Below, piece by piece: positions 38,701-51,035 of a DNA stretch of 64,000 bases. Source of the DNA: Enoplolaimus lenunculus. Lineage: Eukaryota. Position numbers and translations under genes: made by a program. Numbering within the stretch: the first letter of the stretch is position 1; each line of letters starts with the position of its first letter. The notes beneath the pieces are model-generated. The model had not been told where the DNA came from, made no database searches, and worked only from the letters and a program-made list of their open reading frames with translations. The stretch covers positions 1 through 64,000 of the forward strand of contig JASANG010002537.1 in the NCBI GenBank assembly GCA_030248215.1. Reading direction: 5' to 3'.

Positions 38701-41335
38701 CCGTCGGCCCGACTGGTACAGGCTGCTGCGGTATCGATAGAATAAAGGTTGCGCTATATTTTTAATGACGTACGGCGCCGTTCGTACTCGTACGGCGCCG
38801 TACGTCACCGTGCGTCACCGTCCGTCACCCGTAAAACGTCGTCCGTCGTCGTCCGTCACCGTCGGTATCGTGCGAAAATTCCTCACGTACGATACCGTAT
38901 GATGACGGACCGTGATGCATGTGCGGCGGACGGTGACGAACGGCGACGTACGGCGCCGCATGACAAGTATAGCGGCATGCACACTGTATTTGGATTTAGT
39001 CTTAGTTGAACAATTTTTGCTAAGTTTAAGAGTACTTTCAACTTCTTTTTAAAACAGTCATGACAAAGCAAAACAATTTCATTTCAATTGAAAATTGAAA
39101 CCAAATATATTAATGAAAGCAAGTGTCTTTGTCAACAGTACACTGTGGATTCCAGTGAGTTGATAAATCAAATCAGAAAGATAATTCATTTTACTTGTTA
39201 TTATTTCTGATTAAACAGCAAACATTATCTCACTCTGAGCTGATTTAATTCCACGTGAGAAGATTAATTATAACTCAGATTGTGTTCACTCAATCGAGAA
39301 ATCTGAGTTCTGAAAGGGCTAATTCGGGCTCAGTGATTCAAGTCATTCTGAACTAAAATCAATTCCCTGGAATTTACAGTGCAACACAAAACGAACGGTA
39401 CATAAAATACCACTGAAGCGAAAAATTTGAACGAGCAAAGCCGTATTACCGTTTTATGTGCCACCCGTTCAAGTTGCTTCAACGATAGCGACGTAGCTTT
39501 CGGTTCGTTGTAAATACTTAAAATAATTAAATCAACTGACAGTTACTAAGTACGTTTCACACAACAGAAATAGCAAATCAGAACATCTTTGAATATTTAA
39601 AAAAAATTGAAAGAATGTAAATATTGTAAATAAGGTACAGAATCTCCACAATATGCCGAATCCCTCTAGCCCAAGCTTCACGCTCGTATCTCTGTACGGT
39701 GAAGGTAACAAAATAACTTACAATGTAACTACATGCATTTGAGTCCTAGTTTGAAAATAGTCGTCTGATAAACCAGAAACTGTTCATGTTGGAAAATGTT
39801 ACATACATTGCTTTTCCTAAATCAACAATCATACGATGAAGTATTGATCGACGAATCGTACATTTACTTGGATGATTCAGTTCAAAAAATATCGCTGGAG
39901 GTCCCCATTGCGTTGGAAAGAAAGTTTTTGTTTCTGCAACAAAATAGTTTAAAGGTCACATTTAACAAATTGTATGGAACGCTAATGAATAGAAGGACTA
40001 ATGTTACTTTTAGGGCCGTAGCAGTAGATTAAGCGTATTCCTAAGCCTAAGCCTAAGCCTAAGCAAAAAGTGTATTCCTAAGCCTAAGCCTAAGCCTAAA
40101 CCGAGGCCTAAGCCTAAGCAAAAAATGCAGTCTTGAATCTAAGCCTACTCTTTTACAGATCACCAAAAACTGGGACGGCCAATGTGACGGCCAAAAAAGT
40201 AACATGGGCCAATAGAAGCATGCGCTGAACGTATTTAAATTTTTGACGTGATAGACTTTTAGCCTTGCCATTTGTTTAGCATTAGCCACATTTTTCAATT
40301 AATAAATTAGTCCTGGCAACAGCCTCAAATTCGCAGTAGCGGTTCATTACGAACGCCAGCGAGGCGGCTGCACTAATTAGCGCACTTTTAAGGGGTAGAG
40401 AAACCTGTTTCAAAAATAAAAATTTTGTATTGAAATAAATATTTAACTCATTTTTTTCGTCAAACCCTTTTTGACCCCGCGAGTCAAGTCGGCTTCGGAG
40501 CACAGTTTGGCTCTGATTCACATCTGCTAATAGTGACGTTTTAAAGTTAAAACAATTATTTGCCGATGAATTTGACGGTAAACAATATGTTTAAACTTTT
40601 GTGTTATTCGCATCCAGTGAAACCACTACCTGATCCAAAGGTACAGAATTCAAAAGGAGATGGGTGTACTCCCGCGTCAGATTTTTTGCGACAAAATTAT
40701 AATGTTTAGCATATTGAGCAAGTGCTAAACGTTTAAAAATTCTACTAAAAATAAAATTATAGAAATTGTGACGATATTACTATTTCGTAAACGACTGCCG
40801 TGTGTCTTTTGTTTCTTGAACGATACAATAATGAAATTTTGAACCAAACTGTCAACGTCAATTGATTCGTCGCGCAATGCTTCTTTAAGACCAGCAGCGA
40901 ATTTGTCTCGTTTGCTTTCAAAGTATTCTGGTGAATCATAATCTAAAAAAACGTTGACCATTAATATTTTTTGGTGTCTATAAAGCATTTTTTCAAAATT
41001 TAAAGTATTCAAATCGTTTGGCAGTCCAAAATGCACTGTTAAAACGTGGAAAATCTATATCTTAAAGTCGAGCACAAAACTTTAAATCAGAATTCACGAA
41101 AAATTTTCAAGGTCTACAAAATTTCGATTTATAAGTTTGAAATCCGAATACGTAAACCTATAGACATTAAACTATGCCATGAAAAAGATTACACCTTCTC
41201 GATATGAAATTTTAAGAAATTTTTTTAACTCAAAAACAAAAATAACCTACCAAGCTCAAGAGTTAAACCAATCTGAGCCATATAAGCCAGGAGAAGGCAA
41301 ACGACCACATGACCTTGTGAAGATAGTTTCGTCAT
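29716..41335 (-). CDS. Secreted animal heme peroxidase (peroxidase-cyclooxygenase superfamily), multi-exon
   Basis: Signal-peptide exon 41335-41251. Core exons are phase-consistent: 38533-38281 ([14 protein letters not shown]), 37775-37599 (QYGQFLDHD, distal His), 37041-36880, 35751-35653 ([19 protein letters not shown], Ca site), 34783-34527 (AGDSRVNEQ, distal Arg), 33905-33777, 33142-32904 (FRFSHSLI, proximal His), 32026-31805 ([13 protein letters not shown]), 31319-31150, 30429-30306, 29782-29716 (PDLSKW...stop). N-terminal exons between 39450 and 40942 are only partly resolved; a probable 5' UTR exon lies near 42637-42740. Confidence 0.93.
30951..31110. repeat. 30-bp minisatellite (~5 copies) in a peroxidase intron
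   Basis: TGATCTGCGGCAC(T/C)(T/C)TCAAACAGCT(G/T)AT(A/G)C units at 30951, 30981, 31011, 31041 and 31071. Confidence 0.9.
35390..35575. mobile_element. hAT-like MITE in peroxidase intron
   Basis: CAGTGCCGGAGCAG / CTGCTCCGGCCCTG; TSD ACAGCAAC / ACAGCAGC; relative at ~45635-45793. Confidence 0.75.
38750..38976. repeat. CpG-rich imperfect palindrome (probable MITE)
   Basis: GCTATATT...AGTATAGC ends; CGTCACCG/CGGTGACG and CGTACGGCGCCG motifs mirrored about the centre. Confidence 0.65.
39141..39381. mobile_element. CACTG-terminated MITE (CACTA/EnSpm-like)
   Basis: CACTGTGGATTCCAG ... CTGGAATTTACAGTG inverted ends. Confidence 0.55.
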
Positions 41336-44119
41336 TATTTATATATTGTTATGAACAACTTATTTCACCGCAAATTATTTTAGATTTCAATTAGAGAAAA
41401 TTTCATCACAGCCCAGCCAACGTGGAAGCTTTCCAGCACTAAGTTTTTTCTTCTTCTTTTCAGGGTAATGCTAGGTAACTGTACCTAAACGGTTTTGAGT
41501 ATAAAGTAAACTATATATCTGTCAAACTACTACGAATTGTTAAGTTTTGCGAGATACTTCGAAAAGGGAAATGCTTACTCTATCCCACATAGGGTAGATT
41601 GTCAGCTAATCGCAGTCAGTGATACGCAAATTTAAATCCACAAAGTTTAGCGTTAAACAATTACGCGTATGTGCAGATTTAAACTCTAAATAAGACGTGA
41701 TAACCTTCTCAGGCTCGAGTGTCAACCACAGACGCGATTTGAATCTTGGTTTGAGTTTTGTTTCCGCACAAACTAGAATATTCATGTGAGAAAGGGTCTA
41801 CGTAGAAATTTTCAACTGCTATCTTTACTATTTCGTTAATAACTGATACATTTTAAATTCTCGTAATAAACATTGTTAAAACTTAAAACAGAACAGCTAT
41901 GAACAAGGATAAATTGAAAATAACTGCAATGTTTTGCTGAAAATAAATTTAACCAAATTTAAACGCTTTTCAAAACAAAACGCGTCAAATTTTAAACAAT
42001 TCCTATATAAACGGCTGTAACACAATATGATTGTGATTCAAATGTGAGCACTGCAAACTACATATACCTTTTAAACTATGAAAAAGACATAAGTTCAGTT
42101 GAACCGGAGCGATTTTAAACTACCAATATTGAATGATAGTTTATATATAGCGAAATTTCTAATAAAGTTGTCAAGTTAATTGAGAAGTGATTGGTTAGTA
42201 AGAAACTGGATTTGGAAACAATTTGTATTAATGCTTAATCCGCTTTATCTTGTGTACGCGTTGTTAATAATGAAACAGTCTAAACCCCAGAAGAAATGTG
42301 CGACAGGAAATAATTTAAAGAATAATTAATTAAAAAATTCGCATAATTAGAGGTTACTGTTAAGCGATATGGTTCTTGTACGCTCTCCCCCATCGAGTAT
42401 ATTAAGGATCAGACTCAGGTTCACTGAAACGCTGGAGCATAGGTAAGCGTTTTCGTAAGCCTAACCATGAGTGTAGGACTTGTCCTAGACGTAAATGTTG
42501 GAGGCCTGTGTCACAGCCATGAATATAAAATAAAAAATTAGCAGTTGAACCGACTAGTTGGTTAAACAACGTTTGAATATTGCGAAATAATAAAAATAAA
42601 ATTTCTTGCATAAATTGGCTTGTCTTTTTCACTCACCTATAATCCGGGCGAACCAGTTATCTGTTTTCGCCTTCGTTTCCGGTAATAATCTGTGTCCTTT
42701 TCCGTTTCCGTTATTTTTACTATCCGTGTTGCTAATGTTTATTCATCTGTAATGTTTGTTTTGTTTAACTTTGATTAGTTTAGTTTGCTGTATTTAATAG
42801 CTTTTAGATTTCATGCGCTACATTATAAAACTTTTGGCCGTTCTGGAGAAGTGTATTGCCTCGTTTTCTACAAACAAGATAAACCATACTCCCATCTGAA
42901 ATATTTTACCCATATGTAAATGTAAGAATGACATCGGCTCTTACTTGCAATCGCCTAAGTGTTTTGTTTTTGCAATTTGTTTACTTAAATTTGGTAGTTG
43001 AAGTGGCCCGCGTTACTCTAAGGGAAGAAACATTGCTTCGCTTGACCGTATAGAGTACGTTTAAAACTTATGCTATTTTTTGCTTGGGCTTAGGCTTTGG
43101 TTATAGGCTTATTTTTACGCTGAGACATATAGGCTTAGGCTTAGGCTTAGGAATATGCGTATACTACTGTTACGCCCGTTTAAGAAACATTTGCCGATAT
43201 AGTTATGGCCCCTAAGTCTAAGTACAAAAAAAATTAGTCTATAGCTTAAGCTAATACTCTATTGTAGTCACGCACAAAAACGTTGCGCTCCTGATCTTTA
43301 TACACATTGGTCGAAGTTATTGTAGTATATTTCCGAAATGATTATTTTTAGATTTAATCGTATTCACATCGCTTTGCACAAATCGACGTTTAGAAAACGC
43401 GTTTTAGACAGCATGCGTGTGCTTTTTTTTGCTAAAGTTCGTAATGCACCACGGTTTTAATAATACGCAGTTCCACAGTCAAAAATTGTTTAAAACACAA
43501 CAGTTTTTTTTAAATTCTAATTTTTGTGCAAACTATTAACACCCGTATATATAGTTTCACGAAGAGTTCAATACCGGCGTTCTGTAACACAATCTAAGTG
43601 GTAATCTAAACACTGTGTAGTTCATTGTTACCCGTGATTATCGGTCTTACCAAAAAATGAGAGTCAAGTGGCGTCTGCAGGTAAAAAATTGAACAAGCTT
43701 AGTACAGCGGCAATTTTTCCGCTTCTAACGTCATTTCTAGTCTGTATACCTGTCTATATTGTTTTGATAACCCAGGTAGGGTGTGTCTGCGCCCACCCTT
43801 TTATATATTGCACCTGAGAGTCACAGGTACGCTTACGCATAGGTTTAGTGGCAGATTTAGGGAACGGTCTGGATTTAGACTAGATTCAATTATAATCGCG
43901 CAATTTTTTACTGACAGTGGTTCAAGAACGAAAATTTTGACGCAAACACAATTACAACCGTAATACCGCACTGTTTATTTTTTATCGCGACAAAATTAAT
44001 AAGTTTGGGATCAGATTACGCTTGGGCGGGCAAGCTTTAGAAAAAAATTACATGGTTGTGCTCATGAATATGATTTGTACAATATTATCGTGAAGTCGGC
44101 GATTAGTGTTTTTAAAGAT

Positions 44120-44404
44120 AATGGATGGGTGTTTGAAACCCAACTTAAGTACGACTTTGTACTTAAGTACGTGTTGTAATTTATATACACCATTTTGTCG
44201 TTTTCAAAAGTTTACTTAAGTTAAATAGTTTGATACATTACAGATTCATGGAGCATCCTTAAGTATTACTTTTTTGTTATGACAGTTGCTCACATTTGGC
44301 GTTTATATCTGTTTCTGTTTGAAAAGTTAAAGTCCGCGACATAAGTGATTACTTAAGTATAGCTTAAGTAAATCCTTAAGTAAAATTTCAGAAACCCACC
44401 CATT
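44120..44404. mobile_element. Palindromic MITE with internal CTTAAG motifs
   Basis: AATGGATGGGTGTTTGAAA ... TTTCAGAAACCCACCCATT inverted ends; repeated ACTTAAGT. Confidence 0.55.
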
Positions 44405-47400
44405 GACTATGGATTTCTGTGTTGAAGTTATTTTTTAGCAAAACCATGAAGTCACGTGCGGTTTCAGAAACCAGCCAATGTACAAAAAAGTGGCGGACTG
44501 ACTTGAAATCTAAAGTTGTGTACCTGAAGAACACACATAATTGGTAAAACTTGCTACTATAAAAGCGCTATTAAACGCAAAGAATTTAACTCTTCAACAC
44601 TTCTACCACATTTAAAGTGAAGGCTTAGGTTTAAGCTCAGGCTTAGGCTTATGCAAACATATATATTTCTAAACGTAAGCCTAACCCTAAGTTTAAGCCT
44701 GTGAGGTGAAAGAAGTGCTAAGAATTTACGCATTCGTTTGTTTTTGTGGGTTTGGTCTGCGTGCTGCATCACATCAACGTTGTTGCTTGGCAACCATTTT
44801 GGCTTCGCATACGGCGTATATCGTTTCTTTGTAATTATCAAGACTATAATTAACTACCAAGCTGCCCGCATAGCAAGGAACGCAATGGTTTTGATATTAA
44901 GGAACTAAAGGACAGCTGTTGCGGACCGTGTATAATTGACTGCCGTCCAAAAATCCCACCGTCCCAGCTAAAAAATAGATGGCTCTTGTTCGTGGTGGGA
45001 TTTTGGGATTTTGAGCTTTTGTGCTTTCAAAAGAATTCATTGCAAGCAATTCCTTTGGCTTAGTATCAGGCTTTAGATTTAAGATTACGCAATCCTTTGG
45101 CTCAAGATTTGGTCTAGGAATTGGCAAAGTTCAATCGTAGGCTTAAGATTAAAGCATGAGCTAAGGCTTAGGCTGAGGCTCAAGAAATACGCTTTAGTGA
45201 AACATAGATTAAATCTTAAATAACCGTCAGGCCGTCGACCATATTCCGAAATCCAAACATCCCACCTCCCACCATATCGCGAATTTCCAAAATCCCACCT
45301 TCCATCATATCCCGAACTCCCAAAATCCTACCATCGACTATATCCCGAAATCCTAGAATACCAAAATCTACCTTCGACCATATCCCTAAAATCCCAAAAG
45401 CCCACCTTCGAAAATATCCAGAGGTTTGTTCTGCCCCCAAGCAGCGTCATTGAGATTGACCATTATTCCAGAAATATATTGAAGCCCGCGAACAGGGGCA
45501 TATACCAGGGGAGGAATAGAAGGTATATATTAACTAATGGAATTTTTAGAGACAAGTAATAGAAGCTTTTTTTAACAGCTGTAAAAAATTCTGGACCTTA
45601 GAATTAAAAAATTGTTTAAAATGAAGTTATAAATCAGGCAGGTGCGGAGCAGCCACCCCCCATACTACCCATTTGGGTGGCCCCCACCCTAAATGGTTGA
45701 AACAAAACCTCCGAAGTTTTAAAAATGCGTCTGTCTTGTTGCTCGCTTCGCTCGCGAGTTCAGGGAGAGGACCCACTCGTCTGCTCCGGCCCTGGAGTCA
45801 GGTAATACTTCAATCTGAGTAAACTGATAAAATTGTAGGAAGTATTAGGTATATAGAGTCACCTGTCGCTCAACAATAGCATTATGCGATTTTGTGTATA
45901 AATGGATGCTACTGCTTCGAACTGAATTGCTGCCAAGGATATGAATATTTTGCATGCAGGTTTTTAATGACCTTATTTTTCCAAGGTCATACATGTAATA
46001 AGCTTGCAAATATACACCAAAACTCTCACCGTCATGGTTGGGAAATGTGGCCCATGCAAAGATCAGAGGCGGAACGTTTTTATGCGGTACTGCAATAGAG
46101 TTAGCTTAAACTGAAACAATTTTTTTGCTTAGGCTTAGGTATAAGCGCATTCGTACACATAGCCTTTCGCTGAGGCTTAGGATTATGTTTAGGAATATGT
46201 TTATTCTACTGTTACGGCCCTTTTCTCTACATTTGCGGGGACTGTCGCACCAATAAAAAATGAATTTGCAACAACGCAGAGGTCAATAATTTTACTCTTT
46301 CACTGGAGTCTAGGCGCATGCGGTCGTAATTATATCCAAATACCCCGAATAGCATTGTTCTACTTTTTGTTGTTTATTTTTATTTGCTACAGATGTGAAG
46401 TAGCGAACTTTATTCTGCCTTAATGAAATATAAACCACTCTCTAAAACAATTCATTCAAATTTAAACAACAAAGTCTCGTTCAAAGTTTCGTTGAAAAAC
46501 TAAATTTTTCATCACGACTCAGCAGCTTCGTGATCTAAAATACAGTTTTTTCCATTGTGCACTCGGTTAGCTTTATATCAGTTTTTTTGCCTCAAAAAAC
46601 GCTTGTGGTTGTAATATGATACACATGTGCATACATTTGTTACTACATTGATACTAAACTTGCAAGCAGGTTTAGAACAAACTATACGATTTAGACTTTT
46701 AAATAAAAGGCACATAAAACGGTTTATTACTCGCTGCAGGACAGGTTATCAACAGATCTTGAGATTTAGGCCGTTTTCAAGTTGATGTCATTTTAAGTTT
46801 AATGAGGTAAAGTTTTCTTTCAGGACAAATACTAGCAAAGTAGTCTTGTAGGTTATAGACTAATATTTAAGCCTGTGCTAAAAGTTTTAGACTTATCCGT
46901 TACGCCGAGAAAGGCTGATGTTTAGCGTCGCTCCTCAAACACCAACTTTCACCCTAATTTCGTATTCTTTTGAAAGTAAAGGTTGATTCTTACACTAATT
47001 CTTTGTCTTAGGATTAGGCTTAAGAATACGCTATACTGTTCCGCACCTGTTCTCTTTATTGGCCCAAATTGTTAAAGAACGTTACAATAAACCCTTTTGT
47101 CTTTATTGAACTGGTTTCGTTTTAAAGCTGGCTACACCAGACAGCGAAGTGATTTGAATACAGCTTGCACAGTAACAAATATCTTCCATAACTGCATACA
47201 CTTTACCTTGAATGTGACAAACCTGTTTGTAAAGCATGCACTATTTCGCAGTCTATCAAGTTGAATAAACTGCAGCAGACGATAGAACGTACATAGTAAT
47301 TTAGTGTAGAATTGATTTCATTTTAGCTTTTTTAGAGAAGGAACGTTGCTAACACTTCTAAGTACGGTTTGTGAAATAGCGTTTAATGTTCGTTCAGTTT

Positions 47401-50042
47401 TATGGCTTGTTAGTTTTATAATGCTTTTAGTAAAATATCGCTCTTGTATACTTTCGGCCACATTTACCGCTTAAAACACATGGAGTTGCGCCTCTGCCAT
47501 ATGTTAAATTGAGAAAAAGGATTATGCAAAGACTAAAGTCTAAATCAAAGCCGTCCCAAGCATAGATGAGGGTCGGACCGTTTCCCCGCTATTGATAGAA
47601 AAAATTGGCGAGATTTCGTAAAAATAAGCGTAAAACTAACAGGTTTAACAATGCGTTGCAGATATTTGCTAAAATTTGCAAATTAAACATCATTTTAACT
47701 ACCTAATTTTGCCTCTCTTTCGGCTTTACCTCTAGCTCCGGCTCCGGCAAATTTTATTGAATCCGGCTTTGGTATTTTGCACTTCCGGTTACAGTTTGTA
47801 TTGGCCGTTGTATTTGCAGATGTCTTTTGCGCTTTCACCTGTAAAGTAATATTTTTCAAATGCGCGAATTTTAGATCTTCGTTATTTTTTGTTTTCCAAT
47901 CGCTGTTGAAACCGGACCGGAATTGAAAAATTTAGCTATATTGAACTTTATTACTTAAACTGTCAGTACTTTGCAAAAATTTCAATTTTTTTTACATTTC
48001 CGGTCTTTAGTCATAAAGACCATCTGAAATTATCTTAAGACGTTATTAAACTATTGTTTTAAAGCGTCCGACGTAGTTTGCGAAACTGACTCGAATGGTG
48101 TTAAATTTTCTACGATTCAACGAAACTTCACAATTTATTGCATATATATACCTACCCGATTTGTTGACATTGCCAAAACAGTTGGCACAGAGTCCTTAGT
48201 TGTATACTATTGGAAACCGCTACGAGACAAAGAATTTGTTGAAAATTTTCGAACGAAACATCGATGTACAGTTTTAGAGTTGTGGTTGTTTTTAAAAATT
48301 TAACATATATTTGTTGTTAGACTCAAAAAATTTCTGATACCACGAGCAGCGCAAAAACAATATTTCTATGTCAAGTGATTCTTTCAACCAACTGAAACGC
48401 ATAAATTTGAAAAAATGGTATATATTTCAAAAACCACTGCGCGAACGCGTACTTCGTAGACGTGTAAACACTCGTGAAACTGAACAATATTTTTGCCGTA
48501 GGTGAATAATTTCTCATCGTTTGAGTATATTTTAAAGAGATGACCAACATAATTTCACCACTTATAAAGGGCATATATATTAGCAATAAGCAAAAAACAA
48601 CTTACGCATCCACCTATTGGTATGAAATATTTACTAGTCTACGGTTTCATATATCTGACATCGTTAAACCCTTTTTGCACGTGCAAGTTTTGTAGGGGAA
48701 CTTGCTGTTGCCGCTGGCAGGAGTAACGTGCAGCTGCAAGTATTTGCAGAGAAAAATATGTTTTTAAATCTATCCGCTCCATCAGAAATTATTTCTGGAT
48801 CCGCCAGTGTTTGGTTTGGATGTCGAGGGTTGAATACAGTCTTAATGCATGCCATCGTGTTAACTTGTCATCTAAGGCTCGTTCAGTCTTGGAGTAAGCG
48901 TAGTGCACAATACGTTAAAGTTTAGTTACGTTTTTGCCACACCAGTCTGAAAATCACTATAAAGTATCATGTCTAAATTCGTGTCATTTTTCGAATTGTT
49001 TTCGCGTCTTATATACAGGCACCATCCGCGTTACAAGTAAAGCAACAGGTTGTGTGCCTTGTTTTGTACATTTCCCCCTCAAGCTTAAGCTTAAGAATTT
49101 GTTTCAGCAAATGCTCTCCTTAACCTAAACCTAATCCTATACCACTGTACTGTGAATAGTTCGTGATTTCCTGGGCCTATCCAAATCACCAACTACGCGC
49201 TTTGAGTCCGCTTTTCAATGACGCTATTTCGCTCCGGTTCAGTAATGCAGTCGTTTCCCCCTTTTAATCATCCCAAACACCGTATGTTAAGGCATGCAAG
49301 TAAAACACAAGTATGACAAGATGCTTGACCCGGACCGTAGCCAATGCGGGGCCAAGGGGGCTCAGCCCCGTTGGAATAATTCCGGCCCCACCTAGGATTT
49401 AAACCTTGCGTGTAAGTCATTCAAACCCTTGTATGCCACTCCTGAAAATGTTTTAGCCCCCTAGCAAGGCTAGCTGACTACGGGCCTGGCTTGGCTACCA
49501 AACTTTTTCCTGGTAATGTACCGAAAGTTCCTTTGTTAGGTGTTTTCCACACGTTTACTACGATACCTTATTGATAATCCACTCTGTCACAAGCTCACAG
49601 CGTACAAAAACAATGCAAACCCAAAGTGACAACTAAACGCCCTGATCTCCACCCCAAATTACTACACAAACCCCAAAAATCCCCAGAAAACTAGCCAAAT
49701 CACATTGAGCTAGCGTGACATTTATTGAATTACTTTCCAATTGCCGAAGTCTTCCAAAGCTCAAAATACCAATCAAACAGTCCGATAAATCTCCAAATCC
49801 ACCTATTAGATTTCAAGAAAACGCAAAAAACAAATAGCGCAATTCATAGCTCGAAAAATATCAGAATGATTATGGAGGCTGGCTAGCCGAGCCTCCATGT
49901 ATGTTTGATTTGCATGTTTTTGAGTGGCTTTGGGAGTTACGGACACTCACCAAAGACAGTTTGTAGGCGCACATGTCATGATGACAAAGCCCTAGCTGTC
50001 ATTGTGCGCAACAATTGCCAATACTTACATGCAACACTAACC

Positions 50043-50106
50043 AATGGACACGCAAGGCCCAGGTATGGACACGCAAGGCCCAGGTATGGACACGCAAGGC
50101 CCAGGT
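50043..50106 (+). repeat. 21-bp tandem repeat x3
   Basis: ATGGACACGCAAGGCCCAGGT three times. Confidence 0.9.
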
Positions 50107-50685
50107 AAGACCAACATTTCGGCACATCCACCATAACCTCAATTTTATAAGTTTAAGCCTTAAATCAACGCCTAAGCCCAACGTAAGTTCTGAGAGAGAC
50201 TACGTGGAGCCAGGGACTGACTCCCTTAAGGTGTAGTTTGGATTTGGTTTTTTGTTTTAGTGTTTTAGCTTTTAGTTTGAAATGTAATTAAAAGTGGCAC
50301 AGCCACAAACATGTACAAAATCGTCATTCTTCTCAAAAGAACGTAATTACTACGAAATAACGATGATTTCAATTTTTCCAGATTTTGTTTTCCTTTAAAT
50401 TTTAATGTAGCTATGTAATTTAGCTGACAAAAACAATGGTTGGAAGTGTACTGAGTAACAGGAGGATTGATAAGGCAAGCGCTTCTGGTTATACTTTTGG
50501 TTTACTTCCGTTGTAGTTTTAGTCACAAATACATCAAAACTGTGTAACACGCAGTAACGTCAAAGTCACCACAAATTTTAGGTTTGAAAATATTTTCAAC
50601 CGCTGTTGGTATACGTGGTTTAGCATATGTATGTGCACAGTGTGTGTAATGTAAAACACGTACTTACACGTGAATAATAATATCG

Positions 50686-50754
50686 GCCGTCTGGTGTATT
50701 TGATAGCGCGTTTGACTCGAGCAAGTGGTGCGAGGTTCGATTCCCGGCGTGGCA
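50686..50754 (+). pseudogene. tRNA-derived sequence (tRNA pseudogene or SINE head)
   Basis: A-box-like TGGTGTATTTGATAGC and B-box GGTTCGATTCCC at tRNA spacing; acceptor and anticodon stems imperfect. Confidence 0.5.
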
Positions 50755-51035
50755 AAATGTTTCGGAGAAATTAAGGGGGAAACCATGTATATTCGTAGTA
50801 CTTGGAAGAACGTGGTCGTCCCGACTGTGCAGTTCTGACAACCTCCACAATTTTTCTTATATATTACCCGTTCTCGGTTGTTGGATTTTGGAAGGCAAGT
50901 AAATAACAGTGTAAGTTTCCATAGTTCCTGCGAATTTAAAGTCGATTTGAAATCGTTTAAGCATTTTCATGCCAGCAGAAAAAATTTAAAAACAATTTGA
51001 ATCCGCTAGGGTTTATTTTTTAATATTTATTTCAG

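Noticed and set aside
42637..42745. Additional coding exon of the peroxidase
   Set aside because: Good donor, but stops follow the candidate acceptor in all frames and the signal-peptide ATG is downstream at 41335; more likely 5' UTR.
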